64,000 nt of DNA. It comes from Felis catus. Taxonomy: Eukaryota. Below, one piece after another: positions 1-11,203 of this stretch. The notes under the pieces were generated by a model that worked only from the letters and a program-made list of their open reading frames with translations, did not search any database and had not been told where the DNA came from. Each line of letters opens with the position of its first letter. Within the stretch, counting starts at the first letter, position 1. The DNA lies in NCBI RefSeq assembly GCF_018350175.1, contig NC_058368.1:24678001-24742000 (forward strand), given 5' to 3'. The position numbers and the translations under genes are program-made.

Positions 1-355
1 GAAGCATGAGGGTGAGATTGGGGGGCTCTGGAGCAAGGTTCCAGGGTCCCAGTGCTGAACTTGCTGCTCAGTTGCTGTGTGTGGTCTTCACGTCCTTTTC
101 CTAGGCCTCAGTGTTCTCATCCACAAGATAGTAATAATAATCCTATATTGAATGATGCTTTATTTCTCACGTGTGAACTGTGAAAGGGAAATACTGCCGC
201 AGGTAAAAGGAAGTCTCAGAGGCAGGTGTTTTTGTCGTCGTTAACAGTAGGCTGGAAAATGACAAAGGAGAAGCAGCTGAAATGATCTACACACTTAAAT
301 GTGATCTGCTCAACAACTAATGTTTGAAAATTCCTTTAAAAAATATTTTGGCTCA

Positions 356-527
356 GGGGCGCCTCGGTGGCTCAGCCGGTCAAGCGTCCAACTTCAGCTC
401 AGGTCATGATCTCATGTCTCATAGGTTCAAGTCCCACATCTGGCTCTGTGTTGACAGCTCAGAGCCTGGAGACTGCTTCAGATTCTGTGTCTCCCTCTCT
501 CTGCCCCTCCCCAACTCGGTTCCTCTC

Positions 528-574
<47 letters not shown>

Positions 575-608
575 AATAAATAAACGCTAAAAGAAAAATT
601 AAAAAAAT
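356..608 (+). mobile_element. Carnivore/felid tRNA-derived SINE (SINEC_Fc type)
   Basis: GGGGCGCC head, A/B boxes, (CT)n tract, AATAAA tail. Confidence 0.92.
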
Positions 609-1340
609 ATTTTAGTTCTGTTCTTGGATCCTTAGTTTTACATTTACTGAAAGAGACAAATGTAAATTGGACCTCAAAGTTTTGGGGGCAGGTGACCTTG
701 AAAAGCACCCATGGCCAACAGGTGCTCTGCTCTAGTTGATTTCAGGTGATGAAGACTGAAGGGCGGTGCGGGATTCTTTTTAATCCTTAGGCTCCTCTAC
801 GTTCTCTTATTTCAACAATCTATAGTGGGTCAGGAAACAAGTGTCCTGGGAACATATGTAAAGTACCTCCCTATTCTCTCTTTCTTTCTTTGGAAGCTGT
901 TTTTAGAAGACAGCTTTTGGGACGGCTATTTTACATACGGTAGGTCGGGAGACTTGAGCTTTTATTTATGCACATTTTAAGAGTGTTTTAAACCGTCAAA
1001 TCACTTGAACTGTCCTATGACATACATAAAACCTGTTCTTTGTTTTGTGTTGTTTTTCCTGCTGGCTCACTCTTCGTTTAAACTCGGTCTCTGTGGAGAT
1101 TTGGGCCAAGGTCACTGACATTGCCAGCAGCTACTTCGTGCTTGATAAACTTGGATATTCTCCAGAAACGTTTGAATCTCTGAGATTTAGAGGTCTTTCC
1201 TTCATCCCTGTGCTGTTGCGGGTAAGAATGTGAACTTGGGAGCAAGACTGCTTGGGTGTGCAACGCTCCCCTTTATTGGCTGTGCATCTGTAAAATGGAA
1301 ACAGTGTTGTTGTATCTACCTCATAGGTTGTTAGAGGGAT

Positions 1341-1343
<3 letters not shown>

Positions 1344-1385
<42 letters not shown>
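1344..1385. repeat. (GT)n microsatellite inside a MIR-like element
   Basis: About 21 GT units; flanks catctgtaaaatgg / ctacctcataggttgtt. Confidence 0.9.
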
Positions 1386-1388
<3 letters not shown>

Positions 1389-2164
1389 GAAAATCTAGAA
1401 CAGTTCCAGGCACCTACTAAATAAACTTCATGCAAGTGTTAGTTATGAGCCGATGGCGATGGCTAAGATAATAGGTGAGTACTCTGGGGGAAAAAAAAAT
1501 AGAGCAGTAAATGAGGATAGTGTGCACCTTAGGGATGCAGTTTTAAAAAGGGTGATGAGGAAAGTCTCATTCCAGAGGTACTTTTGAATAAAGATGGCGG
1601 TGCCGAAGACTATAGAGGAGTGTAGGGGAGGCGTGCAGAAGGGTATAGAGGTGTAGGAATGTAGCGGTAATAGATAAGGAGGTCAGGGAGGTAACTCAGG
1701 GACACACGGACAGATATTGCAAGTGTTGAAGGGTTTATTTTTGTTTGTTTGTTCGTTGGGACCAGCAGAACCTCCCTCACGGTGCTGGTTTAAAGAGAAG
1801 GGTGGGTGTCTGAGCTCTGGGTGTAGGGTCTGGGAACTGGTGCCCAGTTACTGGTTGCCATCACATTGATGATGTTGTCTTTACCAGTCCTTGGTTTCGT
1901 TTTTGTTTTTTTTTTCTGTTTTCTTTTTCTAGATAGTTCTGCTGTGGCATTTTCACTTCTTCCTCTCTCTTCTCTATACCTACTTTAGGCACACATATTC
2001 AGTATGCCTCTTATTTGCTCTCTGTTTCCCCTTTCAGCTTTCAGTACCTTAGTTTGCAGCCTGACTTAGAGCGAGTGCTGCTTCCATCCCTCTGCCCATG
2101 CCCACCAGCATTCTCCAGGCTTCCTAGACCTTGTTTGAAGAGAGATGGGTACTTCCTCCCATCT

Positions 2165-2800
2165 CATTTTTTTTTTTTTTGGACAGCATTATTGAGATTG
2201 AGATGGAATTCACATAACCTGCAATTCACCCATTTACAGCGTACAAGTTAGTGGCTTTAATATATTCACAGATATGTGTCCTCACCGTCACGGTTGATTT
2301 GAGAACATTTAGAACCTCAAAAAGATACCGTGTACCTGTTAGCTCTCAGTGTTTATGTTCTCATTCCCTCCTCCCCACCCTCCCCCCCCAAAAAAAACCC
2401 CACTCATCTATGTTTTGTCTGTATGGATTCGCCTATTCTGGACATTTCATAAAAATGCATCTGTAAATACGAAATATCTTTTGTGCCTGGTGATTTCACG
2501 TAGTATAATGTTTTCAGGGCTCACCCATGTTGCGGTGTTAGTACTTCGTATTGTGGCTAGATAATACCGCATCGCGTGCAGCCCCACACTTGGTTTACCC
2601 GTTCATCAGTTGATGGGCATTTGGGTTGTTTGCCCCTTTTGGCTGCTGTGACTATTTCTGCCGTTGACATTTGTGCGCAAGTTCTTGCGTGAACACATGC
2701 TTTCGTTCTCTTCGGTATATCCTCAGGAGTGGAATTGCTAGGCCAAATGGTAACTGTATGCTTAACCATTTGAGGAACTGCCGGACGGTTTTCCAGTACG
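2165..2800 (-). mobile_element. Old L1 (L1M-type) 3' fragment
   Basis: Poly-T followed by typical antisense L1 3' sequence (ttgatgggcatttgggttgttt...ggagtggaattgctagg). Confidence 0.8.
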
Positions 2801-2954
2801 GCTCCCCATTTTATTTGGCCCAAACATGGGAACTTTGCCATTGTTCCAATGCAGGTCCCTACGCTTACTTCGGGTAAAGTTTTGAATTAATGTTTTTTGT
2901 AAGTCTTATTCAGTTATGTGATGTTCGTGTGTAAGTAATTTTTTGTTTGTTATT

Positions 2955-3180
2955 GTTTTTTTAAATATTTTTTAATGGTTTGTTTATTTTTGAGACAGAG
3001 GGAGAGACAGAGTATGAGCAGGGAAGGGGCAGAGAGAGAGGGAGACACAGAGAGGGAGAAGCAGGCTCCAGGCTCTGAGCTGTCAGCACAGAGCCTGATG
3101 CGGGGCTCAAACCCACGACCCTTGGGATCATGACCTGAGCTGAAGTCAGACGTTTAGCCGACTGAGCCACCAGGTGCCCC
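2955..3180 (-). mobile_element. SINEC_Fc-type SINE
   Basis: Antisense CanSINE consensus. Confidence 0.92.
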
Positions 3181-3485
3181 TGTTTGTTACTGTTTTTTAT
3201 ATAAAAAGTTTTAAGTAAAACATTACTTGAGTGGTGGTATGTACCTTCAGGTTACAAGATGATTTATTGGAAAGCAAGAACAAAATGTTATGTTCATGAA
3301 TTTTTACATTACATATTAGTATACCTGTGCCTCGATAAGGTTTATAAATAAATATTGGAGCTGTTAGTACAATGACTTTTGTTTTTTACACAAATAGATG
3401 TAATCATAACGTTCTGGGCACAACTGTTCTGAAGACATGGAGTCAAATATAGTGGTGTGGTTCTTAATCCTTTGTTTTGTGACAG

Positions 3486-3621
3486 ATTTAATAGGAACGT
3501 TCTTAAATTTACATCGCTAACGAAATTGAAAATATCCCAACTTCAGCCCCAGTGATATACATAAATAGGAGTGGAAGGAGCCTTGGATCAGGTGTCAGAC
3601 CTTTGTTTTTTTGTTCTCCTG
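3486..3621 (+). other. Candidate non-coding 5' UTR exon of RUBCNL
   Basis: Branch-point-like cttaat plus tttgttttgtgacag acceptor at 3485; possible donors at 3591 (CAG|gtgtca) or 3621 (CTG|gtaaat). No transcript evidence. Confidence 0.3.
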
Positions 3622-3649
3622 GTAAATTACTGATGGTGAGGCCTTGGGC

Positions 3650-4350
3650 AAGCCCCCTAACGTTCTTTACGTCCGTTCCCAAATTGGCATAATACCACCT
3701 GAAACACTCCGCGACAGTGGTCACTGTGACCTACGCGGTGACCACAGGAAGTTAGTCATTTGTGTGTCTTAGGCAACCTTGCACTTTTCTCAGGCACATG
3801 GCTCGTGTTCCTTGGTCTTTGCCTTCGTGGGGTCTTCCTCGGCGAGCCTTACCCCGCGCATTTGTCATAATTGCTTTCTGTCCTTCCTCCGTGTTCTCCT
3901 GACGGCGGACCTTCCAAGTTAAGGGTCACTGCCAAAGTTCAGGCGGGCAGGGAGGAGTCCGTGTGATGCCACCAGCCTCATTGCTCTATGCCATTGCAAT
4001 AGAGCACTGCTTCCTTCCTGGTGCTGTTAGTGTTCGAACACAGAGTTCAGCATGTGCCGTGGTGAGGGCGCGGCTGTGTGAAAAGGGCAGTTGACCCTGA
4101 TTGCGGACCGCGTTGTGGAAGCTATGGAGTCGCGTTGCTGGGCCTCGAAAACAGTCGCCCTTCTGTTGGATAGGTGATGGTTTGAGTTTCTCAACATCCT
4201 TGGGGGTGCGGGTTTGTCCAAACGCAGAGCATGAAGGGAAGTAGATACGGAACGATGGGGAGAGGACCGGGGAGCTTTGTGAACGAGACACCGTCCATGC
4301 TCTTTGGTCACCTGCATTTCGTTACTACTGAGCATGCTCAGTAAGCCGCC
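3650..4350. promoter_or_regulatory. CpG-enriched putative enhancer or alternative promoter with a perfect ERE and ETS/AP-1-like motifs
   Basis: Many CpGs relative to the flanks; GGTCActgTGACC 3719-3731; CAGGAAGT 3745-3752; TTAGTCA 3752-3758; 18-bp palindrome 4326-4343. Confidence 0.45.
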
Positions 4351-5388
4351 TTAAAGTGGGCATAAACGAATTTTACCCTTTACCCCAACTCTCGTTTGTG
4401 ATTTCTGTTCTCTAGCTTCCTCTATCCTAAGGAAACCGTTGAACAGAAATTTTAGGTCGTGATCTCCAGCTTCTTCTAAAGGTTGACATCTGTTCTCCAT
4501 TTTCTTTCCTAGGCGACAGAAATAACCAGCAGAACCATTCTTAGGTACTGTTGGTTTGTTCATTCGTTCATTGTATTCGCACTCAATGCGTGTTTGGTTG
4601 AACACCTATTATGTGCCCCTGTTCTAGATTCTGGGAACAAAGCAGTGTCCAGAGTACAATTTTTTTTTTTTAAAAACAGTTACCCTCAGAGATTTTCCAT
4701 TCTAGTGGGTGTTCGTGTTTGAGGCTAAATACAATGGGGATTAATGCCAAGGAGTAAGGAGAAAACCAGAGGTGGGAAGCGGGGCGGGGGGTGGGGGGAG
4801 AGGAATTACTGGCTGGGGCAGTTGCCGTGACATTGGGTGACCATGGAGGCCTCACTGAGGAGGTAACCTTTAAGATCAGTCTTCAGTGCTCCTAATCATG
4901 TATACAGTTGGTAGTTAGTGCTGGGGCAGAGAAAATCCTAAATCCGAAATCTGACATGCTTGTGTCTATTCATGGAGTCACTCTAAGATTGTTAGAGGTA
5001 TTGGGAGCGAAAACTGCTCATCTGCATCAAAATTCTGGCTGCTTATGGTCTGAAAGATGTTTATGAGGTCACTGTAGAGGTCACGGTGGCTCATGCCCAA
5101 CCGAGTCGTCCACCCCTTTGGCAAAAGCTGCATCTCTGCAGTCAGTATTGTGGCTCTGAGCTTGTCCTCATTATGCAGTCGTTCGTGATGGAACCACTGA
5201 CTTTGATGGGCAGAGACCCATCTAGAATGACTGGCCAGGGGGGGTCCAGGAATCTCTCTCTTGTCTAGGACCTTTGCTGCCGCATATATGTCAACTAGTG
5301 GTAATCTGGCCTGTGCTCACCCTCAACAGGAAAATCACAGTAGAAATGATGGTAAGCTTCGTAATCTTCCTTTACAACGTTTTGGGAA

Positions 5389-5620
5389 GGGGGCCTGGGT
5401 GGCTCAGTCGGCTAAGCGTCTGACTTCGGCTCAGGTCATGATCTCTCAGTTCCTGAGTTCGAGCCCCATGTCGAGCCCCATGTCGGGCTCTATGCTGATG
5501 GCTCGGAGCCTGGAGCCTGCTTTGGATCCTGTGTGTGTGTCTCTCTCTGTGCCTTCCCTGCTCTCATTCTGCCTCTCTCTCTCTCTCTTAAAAAAAATAA
5601 ACATTAAAAAACATTTTTAA
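5389..5620 (+). mobile_element. SINEC_Fc-type SINE with an internal 12-bp duplication
   Basis: CanSINE consensus; tcgagccccatg repeated twice. Confidence 0.9.
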
Positions 5621-7539
5621 GTGTTTTTGGAAATAGATTTTAGCTTTGTACCTAAGCCTTGCTAATTCAAAGGATGTCGTTTATCACAATGGGACGCGTT
5701 TTGGGAAGATGTCAACCACTGCTTAAACCCATACTACCTGCCGGCCGTCGGCACTGAAATGTATGAATGCATAGGTTCAGTCACTGCCTTCCCTCTGCCG
5801 GAATGTAAGCTATTGGAAGAAGCACGGACTTCTTTTGCTCCAGCGCTTCCAAAACAAAAACAGTGCCAGTCATGGAGTAGTTGCTCAATAAATATTTAAT
5901 TGATTACCAGACGGCAAGCAAGGTGACAGTGAGCCAAAACACCCTGTGATGGTATTTCATGAATTATCTGTTGCCCCAAAGATCAGGCAATGGCGATGTG
6001 GACCCCCGGGGCTAGGGCCAGTGCTTTGTTTCTAACCATGGCTCTCTCCTGTGTCAGTCTCCCTCTCAGAGAGGCTCATGTTCCCGAGTGACTGTCCAAC
6101 CTGGCTTGTCATCCTCTCTCTGCCGTGTCTTTAGACATGGCTTTGAATCTCTATGGGCCTATCCCAGCTCTAAAATGTGCTCGTTTTATAACCTGGAAAA
6201 GCCAACACCTGCTGGTTGTTTGTGTGAAACAAGAACACCTTTCTAGAAGGAAGTGGAGCAAGCACCGCTTCTGGAAATAACTTTTGAAAAGGAAGTCTGT
6301 TTTTGCTCAGTGCCGCTAAGTCAATTCCGTATCTGGGAGGCTCATAAATAACATCATTCTTTGTGAACCGTTGTCTTTAATCTGTTTGTAAAAAACACAG
6401 GGATCCCTGCCACTTGTCACTGGTTTGAGCCTGTACATTTTTTTTATGTGATTTCACATCTGTAATCATCTTCCCCCCACAAGAACAGCTATGACATGTA
6501 AAGAATTGATCATAGAATATGACTCATACAGCTTCATTCTCTCGGAAACAATGACGTTATCATGAGCTATGGACTCAGAACTAAAAGTTTAGCGAAAGAA
6601 AACTAATAAAAAGCAACGTGAACAAAATTGCTCATCACTGTATATTTTATAACTGCGAAAAACTAAAAATGCGTTCCCGTCCATAGTCTGGCGAAGTAAA
6701 TTATGATCCTTTTATACTATAGAAAGTGGTAAGATAGTTGAGTGATATACACCCTCAAGAACTTGTTGAGAGAAAAAGAAGTTTCATTATAGATTTTGTC
6801 CAGTGTGAGCTCGTGTACGTATAAAAGAGAAAAGAAAACACATCTTCTGATCTGCCGTATGTATGTTAATTCATAGGGAAAAGTCTGGAAGGGATGAAGT
6901 GGTTACCGATGTCATTTCTGGGACTGAGGTAGGATTGGCAGGTTTGGCACAATGTGAGTGCTTCATTCACTCTAGGCTTCTGTGTTTTTGCCGTTTCATA
7001 AAAACACAGTCATGGTTCCCATTTGTAATTGTGATACTCGGAATTATTGGAGGGGAAAAGACGTGTGACAAAGAGAAATTGGGGCACCAGGTGAGATTTG
7101 AGGTCTGGAGAAGGAAGACGAAGCACTTCAGATGAATTCTGACAGTTGCCACCACATCCCATGGTATTTTGTGAGCAGTGATTTGGAGCTCACGCAGTAT
7201 CGTACAGTATTATATGTATACCATATACACACACGCACGCATACGTATATATATGCATGTATATATACATCATTTCAAAAGGTTTGACCTAGGATGGAGG
7301 GCCCCCACCTCAAGAAAACCCAAAGAATTTAGTACAGTTTTCACATGTACCTTCTTTTGGTCTATTTGTAGATGTTGAGAAAAATGTCATATCTTCAGGA
7401 AACACGGATTCACTTCTATCCTTGTACAAACAATTCTGTCCCAGTAACAGAGCAGTTGTATCTACCACGGAAGTCTTCTCTCTAGCTCACGATGTTATTT
7501 CCACCGTTGAATTTGCTCTTTCAGTTGTAAGTTTTTTGA

Positions 7540-8720
7540 GGTCCTGCGTGCAGCCATCGGACCTGGCAGAGAACAGACAAGGCCCCATGTTCTTGTGGAG
7601 TTATCGGCAGCGGGGGGACTGTGGGGGGGGGGGAGGGGAGTGACAGGAGTGGAAAAAAAAATGAGGAAGTGAGACTACTAGGATGAAAATTAAGCAAGGT
7701 GATGTGATAGAGAGTAACGGGGGAACTACGTTAAGAGAGGTGGTTAAGAAAGACTTCTTTGAGGAAGTAATTGATAAACCAAAGCATGCAACAGGACAGG
7801 AAGGAGCCAGATGTATGATCAGTTGGGGGAAGAACGTTCCAGGCAGGGGGACTAGAACAGCAGCAGCAGGGTGGGCGAGAGCTTGTAGCACGTAAGAGTT
7901 TAGTGAGTGGTTGGGACTTAGGGAGGGTGGACAGAGATAAGTGAGAGAGGTCTGCAGGATGGGATCATGTCACGCCTTAAGGACAAGGTAAGGATTTTGG
8001 ATTTTATTTCCAGAGTTGATGGGAAGCTGGTGGGGGGGTGGATGGTGATTAGGGGAATGACATCTGATTTACGCCTATTTTTTAAAATATTTATTTTATT
8101 TTTGGGAGCGCACAAGCCAGGGAGTGGCGGAGAGAGGGGGACAGAGGATCCAAAGCAACCTCCGCTCTGACAGGCTTACAGCAGCGAGCACCGTGTGGGG
8201 CTCGAACTCATAAACTACGAGATCATAACCTGAGCTGAAGCTACCAACCGAGCCACCCAGGTGCCCCGTGACTTACACTTAAAAAGATCTCTCTCTGCGT
8301 ACCTCTTGATTGTAAGTTGTCCAGAGATGAAGCAACAAAACCCACTGGAAAGATGGGAGGAGGCCCGGGTGGGAGAAGAGGGTGACTTAGATTAGGGCAG
8401 TAGCTATAGAGCTGAACTTGCTAATGGATTAAAGATGGAGAGCTAAGGAAAGATAGGATCAGAGAGGACTTCCAGAGTTCGGGCTTTAGCACCTGGGAGG
8501 AGTGGTTCCTGAGATGGGAAAACTAGGGAGGAGCAGACTTGGCGAAATTAGGGTCTGTTTTGGATGTGTCAGGTTGTGGTGCCCCCTGGATGAATGTCAA
8601 ATAGGCAGTAAAATATCGTAGCCCATAGTTGGGCGGGGCGGGGGGGGGGGGGCGTCAGGAGTAGGGATCCAGGTGCAAGCCATCTGGATACATAACGGTG
8701 GCATTTAAAGCCCTGGGACT
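7540..8720. mobile_element. L2-like relic interrupted by an antisense SINE (about 8075-8268)
   Basis: Purine-rich L2-like text (gggaagaacgttccaggcagggg; ttttggattttatttcc; gtctgttttggatgtgtc). Confidence 0.65.
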
Positions 8721-8918
8721 GGGGTGCCAGGGTGGCTCAGTCAGTTAAGCATCTGACTTCGGCTCAGGTCATGATTTCATGGTTTGTGAGTTCAAGTCCT
8801 GCATCTGGTGAGCATGAGCCCTGCTTCTCTCTCTCTCTCTCCCTCTCTCTCGGGCCCACTCTTACTTATACTCTGTCTCTCTGTCTTTCTCTTTGTCAAT
8901 AAATAATAAATAAATAAA
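8721..8918 (+). mobile_element. Diverged CanSINE
   Basis: ggggtgccagggtggctcag head, (CT)n tract, A-rich tail. Confidence 0.85.
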
Positions 8919-9737
8919 GCAAGCCAGCTTTGGAACTGACTCCCAAGCCTCAGCTCACCACCTTGTAGCCCTGTTCTCCACTCTCCCCTTACGCTAAGCT
9001 CACCGAAGCGGACCACTTTCATTTCTTCCTCTTGCTGACCTTGCTTGTGCTTCCAGGGCTGCTTGGAGCCTCCCAGTGTGAAGGACAGTGGGAGCAGTAG
9101 AAAGTCGCGGGCTGGGCCAGTGACTACGGGGACCAGGGTGCTTCTCTCTTATCATAAACTAAGTCCCGTAAAGCAAAGTTTTTAGTGCTGCGAGTTGCCC
9201 TCAGTTTCACATGCCGCTTGTCTGCTTTGTTGAAATACAAGCACAGACTAAACAAAAATAAGGAACTGTGAAAATGTGTCTTTACTTCCGATTGGTATTC
9301 CCATTTCGGGTTTGACATTGAATTTCGTTGGAAGAATGCACGGCTGTCTTTCACTTTTATCTGTCGTATCAGCAGTTTGCTTATATGACTGTGTCCTTGT
9401 ATAAAAGCAGTCCTCGTTTATGCCCTGAAAACCCTTTCCTATCCTGATGTCACGCCTCGTATGTTTGCGGCCAGTTTTATTGCTGATTTGTTTGTTTATT
9501 TCTTGTCAATCCAAGTGGAATTTACTGTATGGTACGGAGCGAAGTACAAACTTACTTATTTTTTGTTTCTTCTCCTCAAAAGATTTTGGAGTTTACAACT
9601 AGGACTGAGTTCTTATTTACCTTGAATGATTTTTGCTTGTTGCAGGTAAGCTCTCTGGACCCCAGCTGGCCTCATGGTGAGTTCAAGGCCCTAATCCAGT
9701 AGTCCAACGGAGTTCACGCCACCCTGAGCCTGGAAAG

Positions 9738-10251
9738 ATGGTGTCACAGTCTGTGGGCCGGCAGGATTCTCCTGTGCACCCTTGGGAAGGGGTGAGCAGT
9801 GACCCTGGTGATGTTGAGGACTCGCCCAATCTCCTGGACACTGACCAGCCTCCTTGCAAATCAGACGTCAGGTTCATGAGGCACAGAGCTGCCTGGATTA
9901 ACCCCCAGTGTGCGCAGCAGCAGCTACGGGATTTGCCCCCTCAGGTGCCGACAGCGGGGAACGGTGGGAACCACTTTGGAAGGGATACCGCCTGTTCCCT
10001 GGGCCCTTCACCGTCGTCCCTTGGGGACTCCATGGTGGAGACATCACTGTCCAAGGATACTGCAGACTCTGCCTGGCGCTCCGGTGCCAAGAGCAGCGAC
10101 TTCTCTTTTACCTCCAAGGGAGAGCAGGCAGTGCTCCCAGGAAAGTCTCCTCAGACGTCTGTGTTCACAAGCTCCAAGGCTGCCTCCTCGTGTCCGGAAG
10201 CTGACAGCGCTTTTTTGAAGCCTTCCCATCTGACAGCTTCTGCTGATGAAG
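9738..10251 (+). CDS. RUBCNL: RUBCNL coding exon 1 (exon begins at 9646 with 92 nt of 5' UTR)
   Basis: Acceptor ttttgcttgttgcag|9646; AAGATGG start at 9738; donor GAAG|gtaact; phase 1. Confidence 0.93.
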
Positions 10252-11156
10252 GTAACTTCGGTCGGGACTTGCCTCATTCTTGTCTGTTCACACGCAGGCT
10301 TTGCCTTGGCCTAAAGCCTGTCTTACCGTCTTTCTCATGAGGACAAAAGTCCTGGCTTTCCAGTCTGATTGGAGGCCAGTGCATTAGCTCACTTAGTATT
10401 CTTCAGCCCAGCTACCTGGATGCCTGGATGGTCACAAAGGGTAAAAACAAATATTTCCACTCTCCTTCCATAGCAAGATGTCCTCTTTGCTCAGCTCAAG
10501 TGGTAATCCATGCCAGCTGCCATCTTTGAATGGCGTGTGCCTTTGGGAGCGTCCAGCTCATGAAGTTGCCGGCAAGGGAGAGTATTACAAGTGCTCTCGA
10601 TCCAGTGTGGTGGGAGAATGTGTTTCCAGACAGACGGGGCTCCATTTCACACTAGTGCTTTCGTAGGAGATGAACTCACCTCGCCTACACTTACCTGGAC
10701 AGGGTGTGACTAGAAACTAGTCAGATTTAGGGGCGCCTGGGTGGCGCAGTCGGTTAAGCGTCCGACTTCAGCCAGGTCACGATCTCGCGGTCCGTGAGTT
10801 CGAGCCCCGCGTCGGGCTCTGGGCTGATGGCTTGGAGCCTGGAGCCTGTTTCCGATTCTGTGTCTCCCTCTCTCTCTGCCCCTCCCCCGTTCATGCTCTG
10901 TCTCTCTCTGTCCCAAAAATAAATAAACGTTGAAAAAAAAAAAAAGAAACTAGTCAGATTTAAAAACACTAATTGCAATTTCCCCAAAGACTATACAAAA
11001 CCTTTTTTTTTTTAACTAAAACAAGGGCTTCCATTGCTATGAAGTAATGCGCATATTCCTAAAATAAGATAATGCATGCAAATGCCACTCAAGAGTCAGT
11101 AACTTCTCTTATTGCTGTTACAATTTGTGGCATTCTGTTTTTTTAATGTTTATTTT

Positions 11157-11203
<47 letters not shown>

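Noticed and set aside
356..440. tRNA-like A/B boxes
   Set aside because: These are SINE heads, not tRNA genes.
324..590. Recurrent [20 protein letters not shown] ORFs throughout the window
   Set aside because: They are translations of CanSINE consensus sequence, not a gene family.
1099..1221. Possible upstream non-coding exon (gag| ... CGG|gtaaga)
   Set aside because: Good donor, but a weak GAG acceptor and no supporting evidence.
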